A DNA stretch of 64,000 bases from Podarcis erhardii (taxonomy: Eukaryota), in NCBI GenBank assembly GCA_964252035.1, contig OZ176209.1; one strand, given 5' to 3'. How positions within the stretch are numbered: position 1 is the first letter of the stretch; every line of letters starts with the position of its first letter. A model generated the notes under the pieces. The model saw nothing but the letters and a program-made list of their open reading frames with translations. It had not been told where the DNA came from and ran no database searches. This document shows positions 13,516-27,977 of the stretch, piece by piece. The position numbers and the translations under genes were made by a program.

Positions 13516-15785
13516 AGTTCAGGAAGAGCCTGATGTTTCTGATGGGGGGGAGGGGAAGCACTGCAAATGAAAATGTTGCTGGTGCAGTTTCTTAAGAGAA
13601 TATACAACGCTATTTTTTCCTATGGGAGTATTACATTGCGGTTGTGGGCCAGAGGTGCTGTCACTTGCTTGAAACTTCCTTTGGGCAAAAGGTTATGGTA
13701 CATGTGACTCCTATGCATTTTTGGAACTACAAGGATGTATTGCTGTTCTGTGAATTGCTGTTCAGATTCTGAACACGGAAGTGCTGTCGTGCAGCTAATG
13801 CCAACTGAAGCTGGGCCATGCACCCGTACGTAGCAGAAGCCCGTCCTAGACCAAGAATGCCACGAAACAATTATTTGACAAAACCAACACATCAGGTTGT
13901 TTTTGTAACACAGTGTCATACTACTTCTTCTTTTTGAGACCTGCACTCTCCCTGCCCCATAGTCCATTGTATTGTGCATTTGAGAAACAAGATCTGGTAG
14001 TATGGCGAATTTTTAGTGATGGGAACTTTTTAAAAATGTTCATTAAAAAATGGGGTGGCCTCTTAGGGTTCCCTCCCACTTTATTTTCTTAAGCTCCAAA
14101 TTTTGTTTTCAACGTGTTTGAGAATGTATGTTACATGTTAAGTTTGGGGTTCATTTTTTTTCTATTTTTTTTTTTATATGCTAAGATGTACACTGTGTGA
14201 ACATACATCTGAAAAGGTTCTGCTCATACACTTTACTTTTAAAAGTGGTATAATCTTGCCCCAATGGCTCACGGTTACACCAAAGAGGTGCATTACCAAG
14301 GACTCAGTAGTTGGGGTGGGGGAAATTGCATGCTAACTGTGGTTTGGGGTTTAAAACAGCAATGAAATTTTAACATGCATTTGCATGGTAACGGTACCTG
14401 TGAAATGTTACGTTTGTGCTTAATTTTGCCAAGAAAAAGAAAACAATGCAATGTTAGTTCTTTGTCAAACTCCATTTGTGAAATATATTTCAGAGTTTCG
14501 TTTTCTGGGGGTTCACAATTCCCATGGAGAATAATTTTAGAGAAGATGATTTGTAGTTATTATATGAGAGAGGTCAATACTGGGTCAACAATTCATGGGA
14601 AATGTTGGTGGTATTTTGCTACTGGGAAGAGGTTATGAAGAAGATGATTTATTTTAATTATATATTAAATATGTACTATAGACTGATTCCTTGCCGTATA
14701 ATGAGAATGTGTAGGTTATGTGCTCATGGAAGCCTGTAGCAGGCCTCAAGTTGTTTAGCAGCATATTTTTAGCAAGTCGAACCTATTAAGTGCCACACAG
14801 ATTCCTGACCATTTAGTTTTGCAGGGACCATAGTAAAAGATCATTTCCATCAGAATGTTTATCAAGCTACCTTTTCCTTAATGAAGTTGTGTCAATTTGC
14901 TTGCCCTGCCTCGCCCCACCCTGTTGTGCCCCTGGGAAAATTATGTCTGGTTCTTAAACTTTGGAAATTTTCATAATGCCAGTTCAAAGTAAATCCTAGG
15001 TCTTTTCTATAAGGTGCTAATTCACTCTGACAGATTTTTTTAAATGTTCAGGAATCCAGTTTTTTTTTATATTGGACAACAAGAAAACAAGGGGCTGTTC
15101 TGTGGCTCTAAACGTCAAATCCTCCTTTTTTTGTTTTATACCATTCCTGCAGCAACACTGCAAAATTGCCTAAACTACCGGTAATGTTACAGAGGCACAG
15201 CATGGCAATTGAATAATGGAGTAATGCTCACCCCGGACCCATTGTCTGTAATGGGCAACTTGGCTTACTGTGAATTTTGCACTGCAGTGCTGACAGGGAC
15301 AATAACCTGACCAGTGTGATTACTGTTCCCTTGGGTGCTTCCTTGCCGTGCTTCCTTGGTCACCGCAAACAGCCGTACACAAGGGATGGGTTGCTGTAAC
15401 CTTTCTATGACATTTGAAGGGCCTCCTGGGTGTTAACTGCTGAGCTGCCAAATAGTGAGTGTTGGGGATCAATGCAGCAGGGAAAAGACTCTTGAAGGAT
15501 GTTTTTCACAAGCAATACCAGGAGTCATCATTTGTGAATGTTGTTAATATGGGGATAGTAAGCAGGGGTTGTTGGTTGTTGTTGTTTTTAAATTGAATGC
15601 ATGTTCTATTCAATGCAACTGGTTGTGCAATTTTCAAATGCCAAAAGCAATTTTATGCTTTATGGTATGTGATGCAAGGCCACGGTCAAATTGTGGCTTC
15701 TTGTAGGCCATCATTCAGCATTAACTACTTGTGAAAACAACCAGAGGCTATTGCTACTCATAGACCAGTTCAACTCTAATAATAT

Positions 15786-15923
15786 AAGGGGCAGCCGACC
15801 TGGCAGCCTCCATACATCAGTGGACTACAACTCCCATCAGCCCTAGTCAGCATGGCCAATGGTCAAGGATGATGGAATTTGAAGTCTGCTGACATCTGGA
15901 TGGCACCACATTGGCTACCCCTG
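15786..15923. mobile_element. Degenerate copy of the ~137-bp hAT MITE
   Basis: ggactacaactcccatcagccc...gatgatggaatt...catctgga...ctacccctg. Confidence 0.7.
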
Positions 15924-17054
15924 ACCTAAGGCATACTTTTGTAGCTGAACTGGGTGGGGGAATAGAGGATTATATTCAACTAAGTTTTTTCCATAGCTTT
16001 TGAGTTCATTGGGTCTGCTCTGAGTAGGACTAGCATTGGGCTACAACCCAAGTTGTAGTCTTGGCTATTAATTCAGAAACTATATAGCACAATGGTTTGG
16101 ATCTTAAGATAACGGAAGAAAGTTATTCCCTCCCAACTGCCTGCACCCCATCCTACATTATTCAGGAGGTTTCCTCCTTTGCAGAGGGCTGCAGGCAGGA
16201 GTGGAAATCTAGCTCAAAAAGACAGAAGGCCCCCAGCAGGAGATATGAAGCGGTGGTCAAATTGGGGCCCCTTGCAAGTCAAACCTACACGTTAAGCACC
16301 TCAGCCAAGAGACAAGCCAAACAAACATATGACTATATAAAAAAAATGAGGTGTTCTAAAGTTTGCTGTAGTCTGTTTAATGGTGTGAATGTATATAAAA
16401 ATCTTTTGATTAAAATGCCATTTAAAAATAACTGAAAATTAATTTTCTAGGTATTTCAATTTCATTCTGTTGAGCTAACAGAAGTAAACGGTTAAATAGG
16501 GAAAACCTGACAGAAGTAAGAAGTTAACACCGGGACCTCAGTAATAGTTAAGTGGGCTGGGACTGTAGGTAAGCTGGCTGTAAAGGTGAATGGGAAACCT
16601 TCCTTGTGTGGAATTTCCTTTCTTAGGATTCCAAGCCAATGATGGGGTTGCAAATGGAAATATTGACAAGAAGTGATCGCTTCCTTGCTACAGCAACGCC
16701 TTCTACTTTTGGTTATCCTTCCAGATGTTTTTGCTGTGTTCTTCAAAAAGAAGATTGAAGCAGGTCTGCCATGTCCCTCAAATGTCTGAGCTTTACAGGT
16801 ATATCACTGTCAATGCATCTTGGATTAGTGTCATGGAACCAATTTAGGTAACCTCCCCTCCTCTCCTCACTCCCTCCTTCCTCACTTCTCCCTCTAAATC
16901 TAAAATCCCTCCATAGATTCCATCCTTTATAGCATTCGAGAAAGGGTCTTAAGGATACAGTATATGATTCTGAGTCAGTGAAGTATTACAGTGCGATCCC
17001 CAGACGGCATCATGTGAGAGTGAGGCTGTGATTTAGCTGAAACCAGAACACAAG

Positions 17055-17285
17055 CCTTGCTGGATCAGACCTGTGATCTGTCTAGTCCAGCCTCCTGATT
17101 CCCACAGTGTCCAGCCAGATGCTGCCAGGAAGCCTAAAAGTGAGCCATGAAGGCAGCCGTCCTACCGCATTGTATACCCCTGGCACCTGGTATTTAGAGG
17201 TGCACTGTTTCTGAAAGCGCACACCCATTTAGCTGTCCTAGTTCGTAGACTTTGAGAGGCTTATCCTCCATGAATGTGACTCATT
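17055..17285 (-). mobile_element. CR1 LINE 3' end fragment (another near 60100-60190)
   Basis: gccttgctggatcagacc...tctagtccagcctcctg. Confidence 0.65.
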
Positions 17286-17892
17286 TTTCTATTTCCTCAA
17301 TTACATAAATATCAAGAAATGAGTAAGCAATCCAGTCATCTCCCCACCCCCAAATAAGCCATATAATCCTAGCTGGGGATTGTTATACACTTTTTTTTAT
17401 TTTTTTAAAAATTAAATAATTAAAGGTTTATTGGCATGAACATGTACAGAATAAAAATGATGGATATGACCAAAAAAAAAAAAATGTAAAAGTCGAAAAT
17501 AAAACACCGATATAGAGGAGGGCTAAAAAAGAAATCAAATCTAGCACAACGATATGAAACATTCTTTGTCTGAAAGATCAACTGTTGGGATTCTTGAAAC
17601 TTTTCTTTATCATATCTATCCAGGTGGACTGTTTGCTGCATCTTAATGTTTATAACCAAGTTTTATATCCGATATCTAAATATTTCTCTGAATTTCTGAC
17701 TCACAGTTAATATTTCCAACAGACCCTTATGCCTTTAAGAGCAGTGTAGGAAGTTTAAATTCAGTGGGTGCAACCTTTACCCTATGATAGAGATACATAG
17801 CTAAGAAAGCCTGCACCTGCACCTTTTGAATATATCTTAATTACACAGTTTGTAAATGTTACCATTTCATCAGCTTCCATTTAGCTCTTCTG

Positions 17893-17982
17893 CAGTGTGA
17901 TCCTATACCTGCCTGTTCCAAAGTAAGTCCCCCTGATTCCATTGGGGCTTACTCCCAGGTAGGTGGGTATAGGATTGCTGCC
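17893..17982. repeat. ~90-bp palindromic lizard repeat (tgcaatcctata...taggattgc); further copies near 19510-19580, 19976-20063, 36605-36690
   Basis: Four mutually similar hairpin-like copies within the window. Confidence 0.65.
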
Positions 17983-19144
17983 TAACTCACCTCCAAAAAC
18001 CTAAAAATGACTCTTTTCACTAATAAGTTGGTAATTTTTCACTCTCCCCACTTTTTCCTAAAATTTCCTTTAGGCCTCTGCAGCCAGCTCCACAATAAAA
18101 CAGCTCTCATCTTCCTTTTCTGTAAATTATTTTAAAATGGTTAGGTAGAGAACTATCCTTAGGTATGACTCTTAAAGGGTGATATTTTCTCTCAAGAGCC
18201 TAAAACAGGGCCTTCCAGGGAAGGGGGTGGAATCACACAACTTGTTCTGTATTTCAGAACTTTTCTATATCCTTTTATAAGAGCTAATTTCCATATGTTT
18301 TCCAGTAGGAAAATGATCAGTTGCCTAAGGATTATACTGCGTTAGGCAAAGCCGTATGGTGAAGTTTATTGCCCATAGACTTGAAAAACTGAAACAGGAT
18401 CATAGGTGGCCATGTGTTTGTACTGAAAACAAAACAAAAAAAATATTCAAAAGGAATAAAATCTGAAGCAAGAGAAGGAGGATGAGGGCTGGATACAGAA
18501 TGCTAACTGCACTGGACAATTTTTTGAAAAAGGTGACCATGGTGACCTTGAAACATTTTTTTTCAAAGACAGGTGTAATACTTATAGAGCAGTGAAGGCA
18601 GGTTTGGAAGGACCCTCACTGTGTTCAATGCTGCTTTGTTTTGTTCTTTCCGGGGTCAAGGGGAAACAGCTATGGCAATGAATTGGCTAGTTCCAATGAC
18701 ATCACCAAAATACAACCACAATCCTGTAACTTTCTTTTTAACATGCTGATGGAGAAATGTATATGTGTGCCAATAAAGTTACATGTGTGACAGACAGCTT
18801 AAAGAATAAAAAGGCAGGAAGTCTGCATGGAAACAAGGGAGGGGAAAACTGACAAGCAAATAACAAGGACATTCTTTTTGTACAACTTCATAAGCAAGGA
18901 CACAGAACCTGCTGTGACTCCTCTTCAGATGTTACAACTGCCTTTGTTCTTAAAGATGTGAAATAGATCAAGAGTTTCTAAGGTAAAAAGGGAGATTGGT
19001 AGTCGGGAGATTTTTACATCAAATATTACCATAGTCCCTGAATAAGTCACTTAGCTGTTATTTATGGGGGTTTAGCGGTTTCCCATTTGTCCACAGTGCC
19101 TGTTACAGAATAATTTGCTCTCATTCTGATTCCAATAACTAATC

Positions 19145-19281
19145 CAGGGATAGGGGATCTCTGGCCCTCCAGATATTGTTGAACTGTAGCTCCAGTCATC
19201 CCTGTCCATTGGCATCCTCATTGAGGCTGATGGCAATTGGAGTCCAGCAACATCTGGAGGGCCATAGGTTCACCATCCCTG
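19145..19281. mobile_element. Degenerate copy of the ~137-bp hAT MITE
   Basis: cagggatagggga..ggccctccagat...catctggagggcc..ccatccctg. Confidence 0.75.
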
Positions 19282-22200
19282 GCCATAGATGGAGGAAATG
19301 GAATAGGGACGTAGAGCACTTCCCTCCTCAGGCTGCCAAGCCCCAACCTTGTGCCTGTTTTTCTCTGTTAGAGAAGTAGAAAGTGTTGCATATGGACATC
19401 AACATGAAATGAAAATTCAGCTTTAACAGAGTTTAAATAGTTACATTGTGTAGGCTGATGTGAATTTGTCTGAATGTACTTTTCTGATCAAATTTGATTG
19501 TCTTCATTCAGGCCACAATCTTTTATCCAGTAAGCCCCATTGAATTCAGTGGGACTTACTTCTGAGTGGGCACATATAGGCTTGCATTGACACCTTTCTT
19601 CCTTTAGTACTGATACATTCCTATTGAAAGGTTTGTGGGAACATCAGCTACATTCTCCTTAGCACTTTTCTGAAGCATGTGCAGAAGAATTCTTCAGTCT
19701 TCTAAGAAATAATGTGCGTGTAGAAGTATACACATGCTGGGGAGTAAAAGAGGAACATGACTGTATCATTTTATTTTGATTTCTTTTTTAAAGTCACATT
19801 TGAGCCTGAAAATGTCTGGGTTTGGAAATGATTGGAGCGCCAAAGTACACCTAGTAATGACAATCCTAAAGCTAAAGTCCAGTATATAATGTTATATTTT
19901 TAGGAGCATGCCCAATATATTTTAAATTTACATGTAGAAATATGAAGTGTGAACGCAACAAACACAAATTATATACAGTGCAATCCTATACATGTCTATC
20001 CAAAAGGAAGCCCCATTGAGTCAACTGGGACTCACTCTCAAGTAAGTGGGTCTAGAACTGCAGTCATATGCCAAGTTATCTTCTAATTGCACTCAATGGC
20101 AACCCCATGTTTGCCCCTCTGTGTTGGCCTGAAGCCAGAAATGGAGAGTTTGTGGCCCTCCAGAGTTGGTGGATTCCCATCAGCCCCAGCCAGCCAATAA
20201 CCAGGGATGGTGAAAACTCTTAATCCAGTCACATCTGAAGGTCACAGGTTCCCTATCCCTGCCTTGAGCTTTCAAGCTACTAAAATCAAATCCAAATTTT
20301 GAGTCATGGCAATGTTTATTCATCCTGCAACCCTTCTTTGGGGGATAAATTAAATATCCGGCCATTTATTATTCTGGGTTCCTTAAATGAATCCTTTCTT
20401 TTTTTACTTTCCGTTCAACTGTTAAAACACTCTCCACCCCCCACCCTGCACACACATATACCCTTGGCCAAATATTCCCGTCCTGTGTTTCGGCTGCCCA
20501 CAGGCCACAAGCCACTTAACATTTGTGCCACTTCAAAGTAAACAGTCTGTGAACTGCAGCTGTTCTCTTTCTCAATAGTGCCATTAAGCGTTGCAGTATA
20601 GGAGCCCCATTAAGTTTCCTCCACAATGAAACCATTATGTAAAGGCAAAAGGATCTCATAACCCAGTTTGTTTTGTCAGAAACCTGAGGCTAGCCAACTG
20701 CCAGAGAACACAGGCATTCTTCAGGTTCAGTGTGGGTAACTTTGAAGGTGGCATCCCGACCCCCCCCCCGCCACTTACCCACCCACCTTTGCAACAGCAT
20801 CAGGTCTTGGCATGCCAGTTGCTGAAGGCAACACCTTTCAAAGACTTTACACCATTAAAGTACCTCTGTTTCTGCTCTCTCCCCTCCCCCCCCTCTTTTT
20901 AACTGGAATAGGTTAAAGCTGTCAAAGTAAAGCCCTTGCCAGATTATCACTGAAGTAGTTACACCGTGCTCAGCAAAATTCCACAGAGAATGTATTTATT
21001 TCCTGCCTTTAACTTCTGTGTTGTGCTGTGGGATATTAAACTCCTTATTGTGGCTGTATTCCAAATTAGGTTTTCATCTCAAAATGCCCTTTTTTTAAAG
21101 GACACAAAGGAGCTATGAAGTTCACTTTCCAGGGAGTTCTATAGAGCAAAGATGCTTTGACAGTGTGATCAGCTGAATTCCGTCTCCATTGTTCCATTGG
21201 CCTATAGGGGGTTCAGTTAGGGATTTCACAGTGCTGTGGTGAAATTCTCTTTCATGAAAATGCACAGAGCAGTACTATGCATGGTTCTCTGGAAGCCTTT
21301 CCCAACCTAGTGGCCTCTGGATATTCTTGGACTCCAACTCCAATTACTCCCAGCCAGCATGGCCAATGGTCAGGGTCTATGGCAGTTGTAGTCCAATATC
21401 ACCTGAAGGCTAGAGGTAGGGCTAGATCACTGGTATGTTCTGTGGAGGTGAGGATTATTTGTATTCTGTTGGGTTCTATGTTGTCTGGTGAACTATCTAG
21501 AATTCTGAGAAACTTCTGTTGTACAAAAAAGACCTGTTCGACTACGTTGCTCTCTGGAATACCCTGTTTCAAGGTTCTGATGAATGGGTGTATAGTTCTA
21601 TTAACTCAGGGGTGTTCTCTGACAAAGATACGGGGTATTCTTTATTATGTATCCATTTGTGTGTTTGTCCGCATACACATACATGAGATCTAATAGATAA
21701 ATACAGGCATATAAGTAAATTGGGGGAGATATAACCCTCCCTGGCTTTCATTCAGGTTCATTTACACAATGGCAGAGACAGAGATTTAAAAGCTCCTGAG
21801 TCCTAGAACAGTTGTAAGTCACTTTGGATTGCCTTGGGCAAGATAAAGCAACTGATAAATTTTAATAATAGTGCTGGTGGTCGTGATGGAGAACCTGTAG
21901 TCCTCCATATGGTTTTGAACTGCAGCTGAGGTTGATGGGAGTTGGAGACTAATAACAGGTACCCTATCCCTGTCTTTGAAGAAGGCCAAGCCAATTGACT
22001 GTGCTCATGTTTTAAATATTATTCTTCACTCCAGTTCTGTCTTTGCTAGCAAATCAGTGGCAAATTAGAGGTGATCAGAATCTGCTTCTTGACAGCAAGC
22101 AATGAGAAAAGGTTGTGCACCTCTTGAGATCTCTGTAAGGCCTTCTAGCCATCACAAAGTAGCCTGGGATCAGCCCAGGGACTGGGGGCACATGCTGTAA

Positions 22201-24178
22201 GTTCCCATGGGCTCCTATGGGAGGAAGCAGGGTATAGAAACAATGGCAGCCACAACAACATTGTGATGATTAACGCACTAGATGAAATTGTGACTGGGAA
22301 GTGCATCATTTGATCTGCTGCCTGCTAGAGATAGCCACTTCTAAAGTTCCATTTCTGCCATGAGGTCATGTGGTTTCCTTGAGCTAGCCACCTCTGAACA
22401 CCTAGCCTTGATTTTGCTGTACTTGCTTCAGTGGCCTGATAGATAAAAGAGTTGGATTTGAATCTGGGAGATCTGGTCAGAGGTTCTGTCTTCTGTCGTG
22501 GAGGCATGCTGTTCCCTTGCACAAGGCGCGATCTCTTTGCCTCAGTTCCCTGAACCTACCTCACTAGCTAGTGTGACTTGTGCCTATTTGGGGCATACCC
22601 AGTGTTTGATAGGTGGGCGCCTTAAACTCCACCCCAACAAGCAACCCCTTGGCCATTCAAAAGAAGCACAGTACATGTGCATGTGGTCCTATCTTGGTCT
22701 GGCAAAATGCCCAGAGGAAGAGAGTGGGCGTTACGCTGCCAGGCATCTCTGCAGGGCCATCACTTGCATTACAATAGTAGTTCCATGTGTATTATGCAGT
22801 TGTGACCAATCTTTTTTGATGAGTACGCCACCAAATCCAATCTAAAACTGAGAGGGTGCCACATCCCAAATGAATGCAGCTGTTTCACCTTCATCCCACT
22901 TATGACTCAGTGTGGTTTTGCTTCTGGGCCTGATGAGATGAAAAGTGTTGGAGAAGCAAGCACAACTGTAAATATGGCTTTTCGCTGTGACCTTTCCAGG
23001 AGTGCCACACTTCCCTGCTACTCATGCCACAGGTTGCTCAGCTGTGATGGTTAATGGGCGATCCTGAACTTCATGATTTGCAACTTCATGAACTGATTTG
23101 CAATTGAGAAGGAGATTCTGCATTAGCCATATGGTGGCTGTTTGCTCCTTCTGTCTCCCAAAATACGACCTGTGAACACACACCAAAATTGATGCCCTGT
23201 GTGTGTGCGCGCTTTTTTTTAAAGTGCATAGACGATGCATAGACTGGTGACTAGAGCTGTGCTGCTTTTCATGGGACCTGGTTACTTTTGGAGGAGAAAG
23301 CACTGGGGAACTGTTCTATAATCAGTTTGTTTTCAGATTCATAGAGCAGATATGGCAGGGATCCCAGAACAAACAGCTTTAGATGTGTATCAACCCAGAG
23401 CAAATGTAAGTAAACTCCAAACAGATCCCCCACCTTTGAAATCTTTCTGTAACTTTCCTAATTAGCTCAAAACTCAAAAATGGTTGTTTCAAGCTGTCTG
23501 TTTTCTGCACCTTTTGCTCTAATGGGTCGAATTAGTTTCACAGTTTATTCCCACCTTAGCCAAGATGATTCTCATCTGTCATGAGGTTAGGTCCAGCTTC
23601 TGTGCTTAAATTTGGGAGAAGAGTGGGGGACATTGGGGAATGTCATAAACCCGAGTGGTTTATGGAAAGATACAATTGTTTTTGCCAAGAATGGTGAAAT
23701 CATGAGTGTGGGTATGTTGTCACAAACCACCTTGGAAGCTGCAAAGGCAGAATGTGTAGTTGTTCCCATTAGTTTGGGTTTCTTGAATGCTGCTGATGCA
23801 TTTTGGCATCTGAAAGATGAATTTCCCAAATTCGACAAAATGTTAGCACCTGCTGTTAGGAATCAGTCAAGCCGTGTCAAAACTAAAAGGAATAATAGGA
23901 CTGCATGCCTTAGTCATCTCTTCCTCTATGACATAGATAGTCTGTGTGAATATAGGCAAACAATGGCTGTTTCAGGAAGTTATGTGTTCCAGGGAGACTG
24001 CCTCTCAATTACAGTTAGCTCGCCCTGATGACAAGCACTAATTAGCCATGATACCCAAAAGATTTATCTTTGTGCAACACTTGAATATCCACAAATATTT
24101 AATACAAAACTCTAAATAGGAATTGGTATATCACATGCACGTCATAGATTTAAAGCACATTTATACAATTTTAACACT

Positions 24179-24291
24179 CATGGCTTCCCTCAAAGAATCC
24201 TGGGAACTGCCATTTATCCCTCACAGAGCTACAGTTCCCAGCATCCTTAATGGACTATTATTGTTCCCAGCATTCTTTGGGGGAAGCCATG
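24179..24291. mobile_element. Palindromic MITE core
   Basis: catggcttccctcaaagaatcctgggaac / gttcccagcattctttgggggaagccatg. Confidence 0.6.
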
Positions 24292-27200
24292 TACTTTAAA
24301 TGTATGAGCACCAGTGGAAGATTTCTGCCCAGGCAGAGTGGGGGCCAATTTCATTTGAGCCCAAAGTGGTGGCAAATAGTTAAAACTCCCCTTTCCCCCA
24401 TGTCATGGTTCTGACCTGATTTGAGGCCCTCCATACTAGCTATTGGTTACAGAAAAAACGACTACTCAAGGGCGACTTAGATCACATCCTTAGATTTTAA
24501 TCCTAAGAACTGCTTTGTAGCATGTGGGAAACTGCAAAGCTTTCTTCCAGGTAAATATGTTTACTATTTTGGCATGCAAGTTATTGAGCAGTAATGTCCA
24601 TTGTGCAGATGGCAATTAAGTAGAGGCAAATTATTTGGAAGACAGCATTATGAATAGAAAAGGGTTTTTGGTTTTTTTTCAAATAGTGTAATGGAACAAG
24701 TTTCCTGCACTAAGGAAATAAACATGCAAGGACAGCAATTTATTTTACTCATCCCTCGGAAGCAGAAAAAGAGGATGCCATGTACACAATGCTAGCAGCC
24801 TATCATATGAATGTCGGTTTGCTAATGTGCTACCATTTTGACGTTTGCATTGAACTGGCTTTTTTTAACTGTCAAAACAAAAGGTTTTGTTTTCAGCATA
24901 ATATATTCAGTAGGCGGCATGGAGTGAATCACATATGTTCAATCACGCAATTAAATGCTGAATGTCTCATGTAATTTTCCAAGAGCACACCTTAGAATAT
25001 TTTAAGCACCAGTCTTCCTCTTGCTCATTCTCTTAAACCATCTCAACGAGATTAGGATCCATACTTTTGCCAAATGTAATTTTGCAAATCTGTTTTGCAC
25101 ATTGTATTAGACACACAGCAACATTTGAGACAAGCAAGTTGTCATTTTAATTGTGTTACTCAAAAACGGGCTAATCTGATTTGCTCTTCAAGCGTAAAAT
25201 CATTAGCTCTTTCCCGGGAGCCAACTGTACGTGACTTGGTTGATCTAAAGCCAAGAAGCTGGTAGCACAAGAAGATAATTGAGACAGGTTTAACTGATAC
25301 TATACAGTCATTAAAAGATGAATCCTGCCTCCCATACAGATCTTCTTATTACTGACTTGACTTGGAGAGGGATAGGGCTCATAGTAGGACAAAATGTATC
25401 ACCATCACATATAATCTCTTTAAATTTTCACAGGTCTGTATGAATTCTCAATTAGAATTAGAAGTTTCAATATGAAAATGTTTTATATGTCCTCCAGATT
25501 GTATGGCATGTTCTAGGACCCTGCAAATTTCTGAGCCATAAAGCCCATTGCTCTCTGCTACACTAGAGGCCACTTTGCACAATTAGCCATTGAACTCCCC
25601 ATCAACCTCTTTTGCTTATAATTTCAAGAAGTAGAGTGCGAAGAGCCCTGGAAAGATCTTGATTTAGCACTTCTTCTTTGTGGAATTAAAGACCCTTGAA
25701 ACATTATCTGAACTGTGTGGGAGTGAACAAGTTAGATGAGTACTGCTCTACAATGTTTAAATGACCCCCCCCCCCCCCGCAATGTCGGCTGTGACTGAAC
25801 TCATGGGTCTTTCCCATGGAAACTGTACTCACCTGGTATGATTTTCTAGGTTGGTCCTTGGTCTAGAGAAAAAATTGAAAGGTATGGAGTTGTTAGTGCA
25901 ACTTGCCTGGGGTCCAGTATAGGTATTTTTCTACAACAGCCTTATGGGACTTATAATTCATAACATCTGAAGGGAACAAGGTTGAAGAAGCCTGGTGTAG
26001 AAGACTCTGGAAAGTCTTATGTGTGTATTTTGACTTGGATAATAACCCCTAAGTGCTTGTCAGTAAACAAGCCCTGTGTTAAATCTACCCTAATGCCTGG
26101 GTAGGTACATACACAGAGCTTATTTGTCCCATCCTGTCTTGCCCTAAAACATTCTGCTATAGTTTCCTGGACTTGTTAATTTTTTGTTCTAACTGACCTG
26201 TTCCCGTGGCTGTTTTCAGAAGGAGCAACTACTCTGCTTTCCCAAATATGTCAGATTCCATAGGGGTCCCCTCATTGGTTCTGTCTCCTTGCCTGCCCTG
26301 GCTGAAATCCCTGGGCCTGAGTTGGCTTCATCTCCTAGACCTGTTCAGGGGCCCCGTGTCATTGAATGAACCCTCCTCATGGCTTGATGGAGACAGTAAA
26401 AAATGCAAACATAGGTTTTGCCTGGTTGCAAACATCAACATTCAGGCCATAGGCTATTAAAATTCATGGGGGGGGGGAACTGGGGCAAAGAAGAAAATGG
26501 AAATTGATAGGAAGGTCCTGTTTATGCCTTACAAATCCAAATTATATACCTCTTTTGAAAGGGATAGATCTTGATTCATGATGTGATTGGAATTTTCCCT
26601 GTATTATCCGTAGCAAATCAGGACACCTAGCAATGTGTGTGTTTTTGTGTGGCTTTGTGAGAGAGGACGTTATTGAAATGCTTAAAACAATAGCAATTGC
26701 AATGTTCAGGCTTATTGACATGATGTTAGGAGATTGCAGATCTGGTCCATCTGCTAATCAACATTTAGATTGGTATATGGATGTAGACCACCTATATCAA
26801 GAGAGCGTGGAAATGACACTCAATGCTTTAGTTTTTTTGTGTGTGTATGTTTTTAAAGGGATTCACTGAGGTCATATCTTACTTGCCTTACTCCAAGGTT
26901 CAAGATTTCAGTGAGCAAGATTTGGTGTCTATAGTTCAGTCATCACAGTCTGAATGCAGGCACATCAGTTAGTTCCAGTTAAATCAATTCCTTCCGACAA
27001 AAAAATCGTTTTTGTGCCAATTCAGCCTACTTTGTATACATCTGAAAGTCAGCTGAGTGACATTAGAGGTGACTGTAGCCCATTCAATCTACCATTATAC
27101 TGGGTGAGTTTTGTTGCTTCACAAGGATTGCATTGGTAGGTAGCCAACAAGTGGCTGTATTTGTATTCTGTAAAATGGTCTTGCAGCACAAACAAGTTAA

Positions 27201-27614
27201 GCCTCTATAGCTGGACTCAAGCTACATTAGCCTTGTCTGCTTTAACTGCCAGCACTCTGGCTTAACTGCTATGTGGATCATGGCTATAGCGACTTTGCAA
27301 TAAAATAAGGTAAAGAACATTCTTTGGAGCATACCAGGGTAAATAAAGTAGTAAAATGTGTTGCATCTTGATTTTTTTTTTAATGAAGCTTGTTTGTATA
27401 TATTAATATGCACATTTAAACACCAGAGGATACATTACAAGTCCTCCTCTATTCATACTGGATTAGTTTGTTGATGGTGCTGTGCACTACTGCATTAAAG
27501 GGATCCAGATTCTTGAGGATGTGGTTCTAAAGCTGTGGTTTTCAACTTTTCTACCTTTAGGGAAGCCTTTTCACATGAGCTTGTGTACTGAAGGGTTCCT
27601 GGTCACCTGCCATT

Positions 27615-27977
27615 GGCCTGGTTTACATTTAACATTAAGCCATTGTTTGTTTAGCCACCAGTTTGTTCCACAGATGATTAAATAAACCATGGCTTGATTC
27701 TCCAAAGCTTGATTTGTTTTCCAGCTGCTCTTGCTGTTGTAGATTAGTGTCGGGGTTTGGGGGAGGGAGAAACCATGGTTAAGGCAGAGTGCTTGGTTTG
27801 CATATAACACCAAGCCATAGTTAAAACAAACCAAGATTCATAACCCAACAACAAACTATGGCTGTGGTTTCTGGGTAGTAAACAAACCATAGGCAGGCTT
27901 CAGGTTATCAAATAAACAATGGATTAAGAAACTATGGTTTTATTAACCATAACTTAGTCTTGTGTGTGAACTAGGCC
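27615..27977. mobile_element. PIF/Harbinger-like MITE, 363 bp, 3-bp TSD ATT, internal aaaccatggtt repeats
   Basis: att|ggcctggtttacat ... gtgtgaactaggcc|att. Confidence 0.7.

Noticed and set aside
13516-17460. BTBD11 poly(A) site
   Set aside because: Only ATTAAA variants were seen (14042, 14664, 16409) before an AATAAA near 17450; I cannot choose among them from sequence alone.
23612-24028. 138-aa ORF in the BTBD11-PWP1 intergenic region
   Set aside because: It starts at TTG, has no recognisable motif and no splice partners; ORFs of this length are expected by chance.
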